Shown here: positions 35,541 to 46,030 of the stretch, piece after piece
Layout: the number at the start of each line of letters is the position of its first letter
How positions within the stretch are numbered: the first letter of the stretch is position 1
From: an uncultured virus (IMG/VR IMGVR_UViG_3300008885_000050)
Lineage: Duplodnaviria > Heunggongvirae > Uroviricota > Caudoviricetes
Virus record (IMG/VR): IMGVR_UViG_3300008885_000050
DNA: 64,000 nucleotides
Direction: 5' to 3' (one strand)
The notes under the pieces: generated by a model
Seen by the model: the letters and a program-made list of their open reading frames with translations, nothing else
Databases searched by the model: none
What the model was told of the DNA's origin: nothing
Translations under genes and position numbers: made by a program

Positions 35541-36935
35541 ATGCCCGACCTTGTCCAAGGCGCGGTGACGCGGTCACTCGCCCAGTTCAGCACGTCGATG
35601 AACGCGACCTTCCTGCCGTCTGGTGGCCTGTTTTCACCCGGGCTGCCCCCGATCCCGCCGAACCCCCAGCCTGTCCGCGCCTTCGACTTCCCGGCCGGCC
35701 TCAACCTTCAGTACACGCCACGCGCCTACGAGCCCTTCGGCTTTCCCGCGCTCCGGTCTTTCGCCAATGTCGAGCTCGTCCGCCTCGCCATCGAGACCAG
35801 GAAAGACCAGATCGACCGTCTCGACTGGCGCGTGAAGAAGATTGGCGCGAAAAGCGCCGATCTCAGCGACCCGCAGATCAAGGAGGCGATGCGCTTCCTC
35901 AGGAAGCCAGACGGCCACACCCATTTCGCGTCCTGGATGCGCATGCTGATCGAGGATCTTCTCGTCCTCGATGCACCGGCGATCGAACTCAGGCGCAACC
36001 GTGGTGGCAAGCTGATCGCGATCGATGTTGTCGATGGCGCGTCGATCAAGGTCCTCGTCGACCACAATGGCCGGCGTCCCGTTGCTCCGGAGCCCGCCTA
36101 TCAGCAGGTCATCAAGGGCAACATCTGGAACACCCTGTCGACCCTCGATCTCCTCTACGCGCCGCGAAACGTGCGATCCAACCATCTCTATGGTTTCGGG
36201 CCCGTCGAGCAGATCATCGTCACCATCAACACGTTGCTGCAGCGCCAGGCCGCGCAGCTCGCCTACTTCACCTCGGGTACGATCCCGGCCGGCCTCATCA
36301 ACGCGCCAGAGGGATGGACGCCCCAGCAGATCCGTGACTTCCAGGACTGGATGGATGCACGTCTGGCCGGCAATACCCAGGAGCGCGCCAAGCTTCTGTG
36401 GGGACCGTCGAACGCGAAATACACCGCCTTCAAGGAATCACCCCTCAAGGATGAATTCGACGAGTGGCTGGCTCGTGTCGTCGCCTTTTGTTTCTCGCTG
36501 CCGCCGACACCGTTCGTGAAGCAGATGAACCGCGCCACGGCTGAAGCCGATCAGCAGCGCGCCCTGCAGGAAGGTCTTTCCCCGCTCCTCGCCTGGGCGA
36601 AACGGGTCATGGACGACATCATCCAGGAGGTCATGGGGTTCACAGGCCTGGAATTCGACTGGGAAGTACCGGCCGATACCGATCCTGAGACCCAGGCCAA
36701 GATTGACGACATCGATCTCAGGAACGGCACCCGCTGCCTGAATGAAGTCAGGGATCATCGTGGCCTCGATCCCTATTCTGATCCGCTCGCCAGCCAGCCC
36801 ATGGCGCTGACCGTGAACGGATACGTGCCGCTTAGCGCCTACCAGGACGGCCGCGACGACAAGGCGACGGCGGCGCAGGCTGCGGCGCAGAACAACGACG
36901 ACACGCAAGACGATAAGTCCAAGGACGGCAAGTAG
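35541..36935 (+). CDS. Portal protein
   Basis: Follows terL; EDLLVLDA, YGFGPVEQ, NEVR...GLDP. Confidence 0.9.
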   Translation: MPDLVQGAVTRSLAQFSTSMNATFLPSGGLFSPGLPPIPPNPQPVRAFDFPAGLNLQYTPRAYEPFGFPALRSFANVELVRLAIETRKDQIDRLDWRVKKIGAKSADLSDPQIKEAMRFLRKPDGHTHFASWMRMLIEDLLVLDAPAIELRRNRGGKLIAIDVVDGASIKVLVDHNGRRPVAPEPAYQQVIKGNIWNTLSTLDLLYAPRNVRSNHLYGFGPVEQIIVTINTLLQRQAAQLAYFTSGTIPAGLINAPEGWTPQQIRDFQDWMDARLAGNTQERAKLLWGPSNAKYTAFKESPLKDEFDEWLARVVAFCFSLPPTPFVKQMNRATAEADQQRALQEGLSPLLAWAKRVMDDIIQEVMGFTGLEFDWEVPADTDPETQAKIDDIDLRNGTRCLNEVRDHRGLDPYSDPLASQPMALTVNGYVPLSAYQDGRDDKATAAQAAAQNNDDTQDDKSKDGK

Positions 36936-36980
36936 CGTCAGATCTAGCAGTCGCCGTCAACCCAAAGAGAGACGAAAGCG

Positions 36981-37271
36981 ATGGCAACCATGCGTTTGAT
37001 GCCCCCATCCGGCAACTTCAACAATCCGATCAACGTCAACGGCCGGATCTACAGTTGCGCGGCCAATGCGACGCTGGACGTCCCGGATTTCGATGCCGCC
37101 ATACTGCAGGCCAATGGCTGGACCGTCACCGCGGCAGGCGGCTCCGGGGTGACGACGGCGCGGCCGGCAAAGCCAACGATCAATATGCAATTCCACGACA
37201 CCACGCTCGGCAAGATCGTCATCTGGGACGGCAAGAACTGGCGCGATTACAGCTCCGGTGCGGCCGTCTGA
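36981..37271 (+). CDS. Head-associated structural protein
   Basis: GVTTARP...FHDTTLGKIVIWDGKNW beta motif; lies between portal and protease. Confidence 0.65.
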   Translation: MATMRLMPPSGNFNNPINVNGRIYSCAANATLDVPDFDAAILQANGWTVTAAGGSGVTTARPAKPTINMQFHDTTLGKIVIWDGKNWRDYSSGAAV

Positions 37272-37291
37272 CCAAACGAAGGAATATCCCA

Positions 37292-38887
37292 ATGAAGGTT
37301 TTTGCCGCGATCACCAAGGTCGAGGATAACGCCGACGGCACCATCACCGTAGAAGGTATCGCGTCCACGGAATCGACCGATACCGATGGCGAGGTCGTAA
37401 AAGCCGCCGCGATCGAAGCCGCGCTTCCGGAATTCATGCGCTACGGCACCGGCAACATGCGCGAGATGCACCAGCCCCTGGCTGCCGGCACCATCGACAA
37501 GGCAGACGTCATCGACGGCATGACCCACATCACCGGCACCGTCGTTGATCCCGTCGCCATCACCAAGGTGAAGGCCGGCGTCTACAAGGGGTTTTCCATT
37601 GGCGGCAAGGTCACCTCGCGTGACGACCTCAACAAGAAGCACGTCACCGGCGTGAAGCTGGTCGAGATCTCGCTCGTCGATCGTCCCGCCAATCCCGATG
37701 CTGTCATCTCGATGTGGAAATCGGAGGATCTGGAAGACCAGGGCGCCGGCGAGGACAAGCCGTCCGAGACCATCGTGAAGGTGGAAAATGCACCAGCCCC
37801 GGCGATCATCACCAACAAGAGCAGCGATTTCGAACAGGTCTGGCGCTCCAACCGCGACCAGTCGATCCACCTGAAGAAGGCCGACCTCGTCGCACACCAC
37901 AAGGCGCTGGATGACGCTGCAGCACTGCAGTCCGTGGCGGGACCGGCGCTTGAGAAGCTCGGCGCCATCGAGGCCTCGCTGTCGGGCAAGCCGGCCGAGG
38001 ATGCAGGCAAGACGGCGACGGACGATGTCGAAAAGCGCACGTTCACTGCCGAAGAGCGCAAGGACGCCGCTGCCAGCGGTGCCGCGATGAAGGACGGCTC
38101 CTATCCGATCGAGAACACCAGCGACCTCGAGAACGCGATCCGCGCCTTCGGCCGCGCGAAAAACAAGCCGGCGGCGAAGCGGCATATCATCCGCCGCGCC
38201 AAGGCTCTGGGTGCCACCGACAAGCTGCCTGCTGACTGGCGCGGTTCCACCAAGAAGGCCGAGGACGCCGGCGATCTCAAGAAGGGCGTCAACCTCTACG
38301 ACCTCTCCGAAATGCTGATGTTGCTGTCGAGCCTGCAGCGTACCGAACAGAGCTTCGAGAACGACGACATCTGGGGCAGCAAGATCGATGTTCCGGCGGA
38401 ACTGAAGACGCGGTTCGGCAGTCTGCTCGTGGAGTTCGCCGACATTGTCGCCGACGCGCTCGAGATCCTGCTTGGCGCCATCACCGAAGAGGAAGCCGAC
38501 GAGGCGCTGGAACGCGCCGCCAACCCAGGCGATCTTCGCAAGGTTGCCGACACCGCCGGCGCGGATGATCTCTCCAAGGTCAGCGCCGATCGCGACATGT
38601 TCAAGGCCGCGTTCGAGACCGTCAGCACCAGGCTCGAAACCATAGCGCCGCAGGTCGCCGACATGGCGAAGCGGCTCAAGGAGCTCGAGGATCAGCCGTT
38701 GCCGCCCAAAACTGTCGGCGCACACGCTGTTTCCAAGGAATTCGACGCGGCCGGCATCAACGCCGAACCGGTCATCACCAAAGCCGAAGCGCAAAAGTTT
38801 CTGGATGAGATGAAACCGGAGGATCGAGCCATCGCGCTCATCAAGATCTCTCACGGGAATCCGATCCAGATGGGGCCGCGCGGCTAA
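37292..38887 (+). CDS. HK97-type prohead protease with scaffold-like region
   Basis: REMH, GVYKGFSIGG, EISLVDRPAN; internal GSYPI...LENAIRAFGRA domain; AAGGA RBS. Confidence 0.88.
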   Translation: MKVFAAITKVEDNADGTITVEGIASTESTDTDGEVVKAAAIEAALPEFMRYGTGNMREMHQPLAAGTIDKADVIDGMTHITGTVVDPVAITKVKAGVYKGFSIGGKVTSRDDLNKKHVTGVKLVEISLVDRPANPDAVISMWKSEDLEDQGAGEDKPSETIVKVENAPAPAIITNKSSDFEQVWRSNRDQSIHLKKADLVAHHKALDDAAALQSVAGPALEKLGAIEASLSGKPAEDAGKTATDDVEKRTFTAEERKDAAASGAAMKDGSYPIENTSDLENAIRAFGRAKNKPAAKRHIIRRAKALGATDKLPADWRGSTKKAEDAGDLKKGVNLYDLSEMLMLLSSLQRTEQSFENDDIWGSKIDVPAELKTRFGSLLVEFADIVADALEILLGAITEEEADEALERAANPGDLRKVADTAGADDLSKVSADRDMFKAAFETVSTRLETIAPQVADMAKRLKELEDQPLPPKTVGAHAVSKEFDAAGINAEPVITKAEAQKFLDEMKPEDRAIALIKISHGNPIQMGPRG

Positions 38888-38953
38888 ACCCACCCTCACC
38901 ATCAATCTTTATCGCCATGCGCACTGCGCTGGCGAAGTGGAAGGATTACCCAA

Positions 38954-40546
38954 ATGGATCCCAAGGAAGCCGGGTCTGTCGAAGACCTGATCAAGTCGGC
39001 GCGTGCCAATCCCTCCGAGGACATCGCTCGCCGCATCATGCAGGAGGCCGGTGGCGGCCAGAGCGTCGACGTCATGTCGGCCGTGCTCAAGGCGGCTGGC
39101 GTCTCCGACGACATCATCCAGAAGACGATTTCGACCTCGACCGGTCTTGTCGCCTATGACCTCCAGGCCCCGGCGAAGAACCTCTATCCGGTGGCAACCC
39201 CGATCCGCAACCGCTTGCCCCGCGTCGGCGGTGGCACTGGTACGGCTACGAACTGGCGTCAGGTCAACGCGATCATCGGTTCCGGCTACGACGCCATGCC
39301 ATGGGTGCCGGAAGGCCAGCGTTCCGGCCAGATGAGCTACTCGACCTCGAACAAGTCGGCGAGCTATTCGACGATCGGCGAGGAAGACGCGATCACCTAC
39401 GAAGCCATCAACGCGGCACGCGGCTTCGAGGACGCGCAGGCCCGTATGACCATGCGTCTTCTCCAGAAGACCATGCTCAAGGAAGAGTTCGCCCTGATGG
39501 GCGGCAACAACTCCTTGCAGCTGGGCACGCCGACCGCTCCGACGCTGTCGGCCGCCGGTTCCGGCGCCACCCTGCCGGCGCTGACGTACTCCGTCATCGC
39601 GGTGGCTCTCACCCTTGAGGGTTACGCCAACTCGTCCAAGGTTGCGGGCTCGCTCTCGATCCCGACCACGAAGACGATCACTGGCGCCGACGGCAAGACC
39701 TTCGTGCTGAACGGTGGCTCCTCCAACAAGTCGAGCAACACCACCCAGGCGGTCACGCTTGGTCAGACGCTTTCCGCCACGGTGCCAGCAGTTGTCGGTG
39801 CTGTCGCCTATGCGTGGTTCGTCGGTGCGGCCGCTTCCGAAACGCTGCAGGCGATCACCACCATCAACAGCGCGACCTTCTCGGCTCCGCTGGCCGGTGG
39901 CGCCCAGGCGATCTCGACCGTTACCGCGGACTCATCGACCAACTCGCTGGCCTTCGATGGTCTGCTCACCGCCGGCTTGAAGCCGTCCAACGGTGCGCAG
40001 GTCACCACGATGCCAACGGGTACCGCTGGCACCGGCACGGCTCTGACCGCTTCTGGCAAGGGCTCGGTCAACGAGATCGATGTGCTTCTGCAGAACATGT
40101 GGAACGCCTACCAGGTCAGCCCGTCCGTGATCTATGTGAACTCGCAAGAGCTCAAGAACATCACGACGAAGTGCCTGTCGGGTTCGTCTGCGCCTCTCCT
40201 GCAGTATTTCGCCGATCCCAAGCAGGGCGAATACCGCCTGTCCGCCGGTGGCACGATCGATTTCTACTTCAACCCGTTCATGCTGGACGGCGGCATGAAG
40301 ATCCCGATCAAGATCCATCCGAATCTGCCCGCAGGCACCATCCTCGGCTGGGCGGAAAACCTGCCTCTGCAGTACCAGTCGAACGAGGTTCCCAACGTCG
40401 CCGAAGTGAAGACGCGCGCGGACTACTACCAGATCGACTGGCCGATCGTGACCCGCCAGCGCCAGGTCGGCGTCTACGCCGAAGAGGTTCTGGCCATCTA
40501 TGCCCCCTTCGCGATCGGCATCGTGAACAACATCGCCAACGGCTGA
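38954..40546 (+). CDS. Major capsid protein with inserted beta domain
   Basis: Position after the protease, strong codon bias, YDLQAPAKNLYPV N-region. Confidence 0.8.
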   Translation: MDPKEAGSVEDLIKSARANPSEDIARRIMQEAGGGQSVDVMSAVLKAAGVSDDIIQKTISTSTGLVAYDLQAPAKNLYPVATPIRNRLPRVGGGTGTATNWRQVNAIIGSGYDAMPWVPEGQRSGQMSYSTSNKSASYSTIGEEDAITYEAINAARGFEDAQARMTMRLLQKTMLKEEFALMGGNNSLQLGTPTAPTLSAAGSGATLPALTYSVIAVALTLEGYANSSKVAGSLSIPTTKTITGADGKTFVLNGGSSNKSSNTTQAVTLGQTLSATVPAVVGAVAYAWFVGAAASETLQAITTINSATFSAPLAGGAQAISTVTADSSTNSLAFDGLLTAGLKPSNGAQVTTMPTGTAGTGTALTASGKGSVNEIDVLLQNMWNAYQVSPSVIYVNSQELKNITTKCLSGSSAPLLQYFADPKQGEYRLSAGGTIDFYFNPFMLDGGMKIPIKIHPNLPAGTILGWAENLPLQYQSNEVPNVAEVKTRADYYQIDWPIVTRQRQVGVYAEEVLAIYAPFAIGIVNNIANG

Positions 40547-40622
40547 TCGGTCAGACGGCTGCGATATCGAGGCCGCGGACCTTCCTGCGGCCTCATCTCT
40601 CCACCCTGTGAGGAAGAAGATC

Positions 40623-41063
40623 ATGAAGAAGCTGAAGGCTCCCGCCGGTGCTGATGGCGCCAATGTCGGGACGAAGCTGTTTCCGCTCGACGCGGACGGC
40701 AACGTGACGGTTCCTGACGAAGATGTTCAGACGCTTGTCGGTGTCGGCGGCTTCGAAATTGTTGACGATACCCCTGACGCGCCGGAAGGGCATACCGTCA
40801 TGCAATCGCTGTCGGGTGCGCAGTCATGCTCCTTCGGCGACAACAGCTACACCACTGATGAAAAGGGCTTCGTAACGGTTCCCACTTCCATGGTCGGCGA
40901 TCTCTTGAGCCATGGCTTTGTCCTGGCGCCTCAGGCTGATGCCAAGGTGACGGAAGACCAGCCCGCTCCGGCCCCGGTTGATCTCACTCCGCCAGCCCCG
41001 GCAGCGGACCCGGCGGCGCCCGTCGCCGAACCGGCGGCCACCGAAGCCAAGGGCAGCGAGTAA
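40623..41063 (+). CDS. Structural protein with two repeats and Pro/Ala tail
   Basis: D.DGNVTVP / DEKGFVTVP duplicated module. Confidence 0.65.
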   Translation: MKKLKAPAGADGANVGTKLFPLDADGNVTVPDEDVQTLVGVGGFEIVDDTPDAPEGHTVMQSLSGAQSCSFGDNSYTTDEKGFVTVPTSMVGDLLSHGFVLAPQADAKVTEDQPAPAPVDLTPPAPAADPAAPVAEPAATEAKGSE

Positions 41064-41067
41064 GTGA

Positions 41068-41667
41068 ATGCCGTTGGGCCCGAACGATCTCGTTACGATT
41101 GCGCAGGCCTATGCATGGCTTGGCATCCCGTCGGGCACCGACGACGTCAATCTGCAGCTCGCCGTCAGCGCATATTCCCAGCTCATCACGGATTTCTGCA
41201 GCCGCCCTTTTGTGCTCACCACCTTCAACGAGGTCTATGACGGCCGCGACATGCCGCGCCTGATACTGCGGAACTATCCGGTCACGCAGGTGACATCGCT
41301 GACCATTTTCGGCATCCCCCAACTGGCCGCGACTTCGGCCTATGGGCCGGGGTACGTCTTTAACGGCCGGATCGTAGATCTCCTCGGCGGCGACGTTTTC
41401 ACACGCGGCCAGCAGAACGTCGCGATCACCTACCAGGCCGGCTTTGCCTCGATCCCGTTCGATGTGCAGATGGCTTGTCTGGACTGGTTGAAATCGAGCT
41501 ACATGGCCAGGACGCGCGATCTTACACTTATCTCCCAGCGCGCCGGGGACACCGAAGAGAAGTTCGAGCCGGGCGGCGCGATCACCAAGCTCGGCAGTTC
41601 CGTAGTCCCGATGCCGGCGACGGTCTATGCGACGCTGAGCCAGTATCTCGATTTCGTGCCGGCCTGA
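41068..41667 (+). CDS. Head-tail adaptor
   Basis: EVYDG....LILRNYPV, NVAITYQAGF..IP.DVQMAC. Confidence 0.8.
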   Translation: MPLGPNDLVTIAQAYAWLGIPSGTDDVNLQLAVSAYSQLITDFCSRPFVLTTFNEVYDGRDMPRLILRNYPVTQVTSLTIFGIPQLAATSAYGPGYVFNGRIVDLLGGDVFTRGQQNVAITYQAGFASIPFDVQMACLDWLKSSYMARTRDLTLISQRAGDTEEKFEPGGAITKLGSSVVPMPATVYATLSQYLDFVPA

Positions 41668-41669
41668 CC

Positions 41670-42029
41670 ATGAGCTTCATGTATCCGCGCACCATCGCGG
41701 TGACGCGACCAAGCGCGCCGGTCGGCGTCGGCTACACCGGCAACTATAGCGGCGAGTTGAAATCGACAGAGACGGCAGTGGTTTCGGGCATCCCGGCCAA
41801 CGTCCAGGCAAAGACAACGATGGGCAGGATCGTTTCCGGTGCTCTGCCATCCGCCGCTCCGGGCCCGATAGTATGGCGCATCTTTATCGCTCGCGGTCTT
41901 GTCGCCGATGGCGTCATCAAGGATCGCGACATCATCACCGATGACCTCGGCCGCCGCTTCCAGGTCGAGGCCGCCTATAGCAATTCGATGGGCTGGAACA
42001 TCGCCGCCATCGCTCTTGAGACACGCTGA
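41670..42029 (+). CDS. Head closure/stopper protein
   Basis: Position; IKDRDIITDDLGRRFQV. Confidence 0.65.
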   Translation: MSFMYPRTIAVTRPSAPVGVGYTGNYSGELKSTETAVVSGIPANVQAKTTMGRIVSGALPSAAPGPIVWRIFIARGLVADGVIKDRDIITDDLGRRFQVEAAYSNSMGWNIAAIALETR

Positions 42030-42868
42030 TGGCCGACCTTTCAGATGTCGAGAAGGCGATAGCGGCGATCGTAGCCGCCGCACTTTACCCGAACGGGACA
42101 TCGCAGCCCTCGGCGGTCGGTGTCACCTGTACAGTGGAACGCGGCTGGCCGATCGCGGCAGACGCCAGCGTCGCCGGCAGCCTCGACAACGTCCTGTCGG
42201 CCGGAAACCTGCTGGTCACCGTCTTTCCGATGCCGGGCATGGAGCGCAATACGACACGCTTCCCGACCGACATCAACACGCTGAACATCCCGGCGCCGAC
42301 GATCACGGCGACGGTTGCCGGCCAGAACATCACCTTCGCCGGGACGGTGTCCATCGCGCAGAACATTGGCATCACGCTGGGCGACTTCCCGCCGACCCAG
42401 AAGACCTATGTCTACGCGGCGGCGACGAGTGATACCCCGGCGACAATAGCGGCCGGACTGGCCGCCGTTCTGGCGGCCGCAGGCATCGCGGCGACCTCGA
42501 GCGGTGCCACGCTGACACTGCCCGCCACGGCCATCGGCGCGCCTATCGTTGGCGTCGTCGGCACTACATGGCAGGAACTGAAGCGGCAGGAACGGGCGAT
42601 CGCAGTGATGCTGTGGTGCCCGAACCCGACGTTGCGGGACCTCGCGTCTCCGATCGTCGATGTCGCCCTGGTGCAGAACGAACATCTCGCGCTCTCCGAC
42701 GGGAGCAGCGCCCGCATGTCCTACCAGCGCACCCTGGTTTTCGATGACCGCCAGACAGTCGGCTACTACCGGCGCGACCTAATCTACATGGTCGAATACC
42801 CGACCGTCGTCCTCGGAACGGCGGCACAGATCATCTCGACCAACGACACTCTCACCCTGACACACTGA
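42029..42868 (+). CDS. Tail terminator/neck protein
   Basis: Position before the sheath; YRRDLIYMVEY. Confidence 0.6.
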   Translation: MADLSDVEKAIAAIVAAALYPNGTSQPSAVGVTCTVERGWPIAADASVAGSLDNVLSAGNLLVTVFPMPGMERNTTRFPTDINTLNIPAPTITATVAGQNITFAGTVSIAQNIGITLGDFPPTQKTYVYAAATSDTPATIAAGLAAVLAAAGIAATSSGATLTLPATAIGAPIVGVVGTTWQELKRQERAIAVMLWCPNPTLRDLASPIVDVALVQNEHLALSDGSSARMSYQRTLVFDDRQTVGYYRRDLIYMVEYPTVVLGTAAQIISTNDTLTLTH

Positions 42869-42881
42869 GGAAAACGTTGCC

Positions 42882-43118
42882 ATGAAGGCTTTGATAGTGA
42901 CGGAACCCTTCGCCAACTACGCGAAGGGCGACCAGATCACCGCGCCCGACAAGATCACGGCCGCTGAGGCGAGCAATCCGCATTCCGTCGTCGCGGTCGA
43001 GCTCTCGGAGCTACCCATTATTGCCCACCAGATTTTTGAACTTCTTTCGGGACGCGTGAAGGCGACGGATTTTCCAACCACTGCGGCTACCTCACCCAAC
43101 GAACCATCCGCCACGTAG
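42882..43118 (+). CDS. Small structural protein
   Basis: GAGGA RBS; precedes the sheath gene. Confidence 0.6.
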   Translation: MKALIVTEPFANYAKGDQITAPDKITAAEASNPHSVVAVELSELPIIAHQIFELLSGRVKATDFPTTAATSPNEPSAT

Positions 43119-43167
43119 CTTCCGCGCTCATCTTCTTACCTCCCTCCTCCCATAGAAGGGCATCCTG

Positions 43168-45144
43168 ATGCCGATCTTTCCAGCCGGGGCGCTGAACACC
43201 ACAGCGCTCACGAACCCAGACGTCTACGTCCAGATCATCCCGCCGCAGTTCCTCATCAACGGTGTGCCGTCGAACATCCTGGCGCTCGTAGGGTCCGCGA
43301 TCTGGGGACCGGTCAACCAGCCGCAGCTAGCCGGGAACCTCGGCCAGGTCGGGCAACTGTTCGGCCCTTATCAGAATCGCCCCTACGACATGGGCACCTA
43401 TGCGGCGATCGCGTTCCAGCAGGGCGCCACTGCGGTGCTTTGCTCGCGTGTCACCGATGGCACCGATACGGCGGCAAGCGTCCTCGTCCAGACCAACAGC
43501 ATCACGTTCACGTCGAAATACACCGGATCGTTCGGCAATCAGATCCAGGCTTCGGTCGGCCCGGGTTCCGCAGCATCGAGCTACCAGGCGAAGATCGCGG
43601 CGCCCGGTCTCGCCCCGGAAATCTTCGACAACGTGACGCCCGGCGTCGCCTCGCTCACCGTTTCACCCGGCACCGGCTACACCTCGGTTCCAGCGCTTTC
43701 GATCGCGGCGCCGACCGGCGTGAACCCTGTCCAAGCGACAGCAGCCGCTTCGCTGCTCGCCATTTCCGGCACACTCGGCGCCGCCGGCTCGGGCTATGCC
43801 GCGAACGACACCATCAACCTTTCGAATGGTGTCGTCATCAAGGTCCTCACGGTCTCAACCGGTGCGATCGCCACCTTCAGCGTCCTGAATGGCGGTTCCC
43901 TCGCCTCCGGCAGCACGCCGGCGAACCCGGTCGCGCAGGTTTCGACGTCAGGCTCTGGCACCGGCGGCACCTTCAACCTCACCTGGGGCTTGGGCCCGGC
44001 AACGATCATCAACGGCGGCTCCGGCTACATCGCAACGCCAGCAGCCACGCTTACGGGCGGCGGTGCTGGCTCGGGCGGCTCCTATACGGCTGTTCCCGCC
44101 GTGTGGCCCAACATGGCCAACGCCATCAACAACGGCAATGCGCAGCGCGGTCCCTCCCAGATCATCGTTGCGTCGGCCGGCGTTGGCGTCCCGATGCCCA
44201 CGACCGCCACATACACACTCGCGGGCGGTACCGATGGTGCCAACGCGATCAACACTTCGATAATGCTGGGCCAGGACACGCTGCCCCGCACCGGTATGTA
44301 CGCGCTGCGCGGCAAAGGTGCCTCAGTGGGGGTGCTCTGCGACCTCACCGACCCCACGAGCTGGGCGACGCAAGTCAGCTTCGGCCTCGGCGAAGGCGTC
44401 TACATGGTGACCTCGACGGCATCGGGGGACGCACCGTCGACCGCGGCAACCACCAAATCCACCGCCGGCATCGATTCCTATGCCATGAAGATCATGCTCG
44501 GCGACTGGGTGTACTGGAACGACACCTTGAACGGGATTCCGCAGCGTCTCGTCTCGCCGGCGGCCTTTGCGGCCGGTCTGCTCTCCGCGCTGGCGCCGCA
44601 GAATTCCAGCCTGAACAAGCCTCTCAATGCCGTTGTCGGTACTCAGAAGTCGAGGACCGGCGTTCCCTACACCTCAGCCGACATCCAGACGCTGGCGGTG
44701 GCAGGCATCGATGTCATCTGCAATCCGGTTCCTGGAGGCGCCTATTTCGGTTGTCGTACCGGCCGCAACGCGTCGTCGAACGCCGTCATCCACGGCGACA
44801 ACTACACCAGGATGACCAACTACATCGCGACAACGCTGAATGCCGCGATGGGCATCTATGTCGGCAAGCTGAACTCCCAGCAGACGCAACGCCAGGCCAA
44901 GGTCTCACTGGACGCCTTCTGCCAGGCGATGGCGGATCAGGGCCAAATCGGCTCCTCGGACGGGTCTCTGCCCTATTCGAACGAAATCGATGCCGCCAAC
45001 AACCCGCAGAACCGTGTCGCGCTCGGCTACCTGCAGGCCAACACGCAGATCAAGTACCTGTCCATCGTCGAGTATTTCCTGATCAACCTGGAAGCCGGCC
45101 AATCCGTCCAGATCAATCGCGTCGGCACACAGTTGCAGGTCTGA
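43168..45144 (+). CDS. Tail sheath protein
   Basis: PDVYVQ, GSAIWGPVNQP, LAGGTDG, NYTRMTNYI, ID..NNP. Confidence 0.92.
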   Translation: MPIFPAGALNTTALTNPDVYVQIIPPQFLINGVPSNILALVGSAIWGPVNQPQLAGNLGQVGQLFGPYQNRPYDMGTYAAIAFQQGATAVLCSRVTDGTDTAASVLVQTNSITFTSKYTGSFGNQIQASVGPGSAASSYQAKIAAPGLAPEIFDNVTPGVASLTVSPGTGYTSVPALSIAAPTGVNPVQATAAASLLAISGTLGAAGSGYAANDTINLSNGVVIKVLTVSTGAIATFSVLNGGSLASGSTPANPVAQVSTSGSGTGGTFNLTWGLGPATIINGGSGYIATPAATLTGGGAGSGGSYTAVPAVWPNMANAINNGNAQRGPSQIIVASAGVGVPMPTTATYTLAGGTDGANAINTSIMLGQDTLPRTGMYALRGKGASVGVLCDLTDPTSWATQVSFGLGEGVYMVTSTASGDAPSTAATTKSTAGIDSYAMKIMLGDWVYWNDTLNGIPQRLVSPAAFAAGLLSALAPQNSSLNKPLNAVVGTQKSRTGVPYTSADIQTLAVAGIDVICNPVPGGAYFGCRTGRNASSNAVIHGDNYTRMTNYIATTLNAAMGIYVGKLNSQQTQRQAKVSLDAFCQAMADQGQIGSSDGSLPYSNEIDAANNPQNRVALGYLQANTQIKYLSIVEYFLINLEAGQSVQINRVGTQLQV

Positions 45145-45164
45145 CGCCACCCAACTCCGCCATC

Positions 45165-45191
45165 AAGGGCGCCTGCGGGCGCCTTTCCTTT
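45165..45191 (+). terminator. Hairpin between sheath and tube genes
   Basis: GGCGCC-TGCG-GGCGCC followed by TTTCCTTT. Confidence 0.45.
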
Positions 45192-45207
45192 CAAGGGATG
45201 ACCTCAC

Positions 45208-45654
45208 ATGCCCGTGAACACCGGTTTCGGTACGCTCAATATCGGCAAGGATGTCGTGCTCGATATCATCGGCCCGAACGGCCAGACGATATCGGTCAAC
45301 ATCACCAATGGCTTCACCGCCAAGCAGGATGCCAAGGCCCTCGACTCGAAAGGTCTGGACGGCATCAACCGCGTTGCCTCGATCCCCGACACCTGGTCTG
45401 GCGACATCTCCCTCGATCGTTCCGGCAGCGGCGTCGACGATCTCATCGCCGCGATCGAGGCGCAATACTTCAACACCGGTGTCCTGAACAACTACCGCAT
45501 TACGCAGACCATCCAGGAGCCCGGCGGCATTATCAGCCAGTATCGGTTCGATGGCGTCGCGATCTCGCTCCCCGATGCCGGCGACTGGAAGGGTGACGCT
45601 TTCGTGAAACAGAAGATCGCCTGGAAGGCCTCCAAGCGCCTGAAGATGCAGTAA
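45208..45654 (+). CDS. Tail tube protein
   Basis: 148 aa, beta-rich, directly after the sheath. Confidence 0.8.
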   Translation: MPVNTGFGTLNIGKDVVLDIIGPNGQTISVNITNGFTAKQDAKALDSKGLDGINRVASIPDTWSGDISLDRSGSGVDDLIAAIEAQYFNTGVLNNYRITQTIQEPGGIISQYRFDGVAISLPDAGDWKGDAFVKQKIAWKASKRLKMQ

Positions 45655-45655
45655 G

Positions 45656-46030
45656 ATGGCAAAGCTCACAGTCAACGCCTCGACGCCGTCCGAAAGGATC
45701 GTCGAAGAGGCAAACCGCACCTATTCGGTCAATGACGCTCGCGGCAGGGCAATCGAATTCTGTCGCCCGGACACGAGCCGACAGCGCCGCTTGCTCAAAG
45801 CGATTTCGAATGATTCCGCCAACAAGCAGCAGCTCTTCGGCATGTACCTGGTTGCGGTGTCCGTGGTCTCGATCGATGGTGACGCGGTCAGTTTCCCCAC
45901 CAACGAGCTTCAGGTCGACGCGCTGGTGGATCGCATCGGAGATGAGGGCTTCGCTGCCCTCACACGGGCGATCCCCGCCGAACTTGGCCTCCAAACGCAG
46001 GAGGGCCTCCGCGAGGCTGCGGGGGAATAG
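45656..46030 (+). CDS. Tail assembly chaperone (gpG analogue)
   Basis: After the tube; ends in slippery G GGG GAA TAG. Confidence 0.75.
   Translation: MAKLTVNASTPSERIVEEANRTYSVNDARGRAIEFCRPDTSRQRRLLKAISNDSANKQQLFGMYLVAVSVVSIDGDAVSFPTNELQVDALVDRIGDEGFAALTRAIPAELGLQTQEGLREAAGE

Noticed and set aside
43440..45596. 718-aa alternate-frame ORF over the sheath gene
   Set aside because: Arg/His-rich shadow of GC3-biased codons; no motifs
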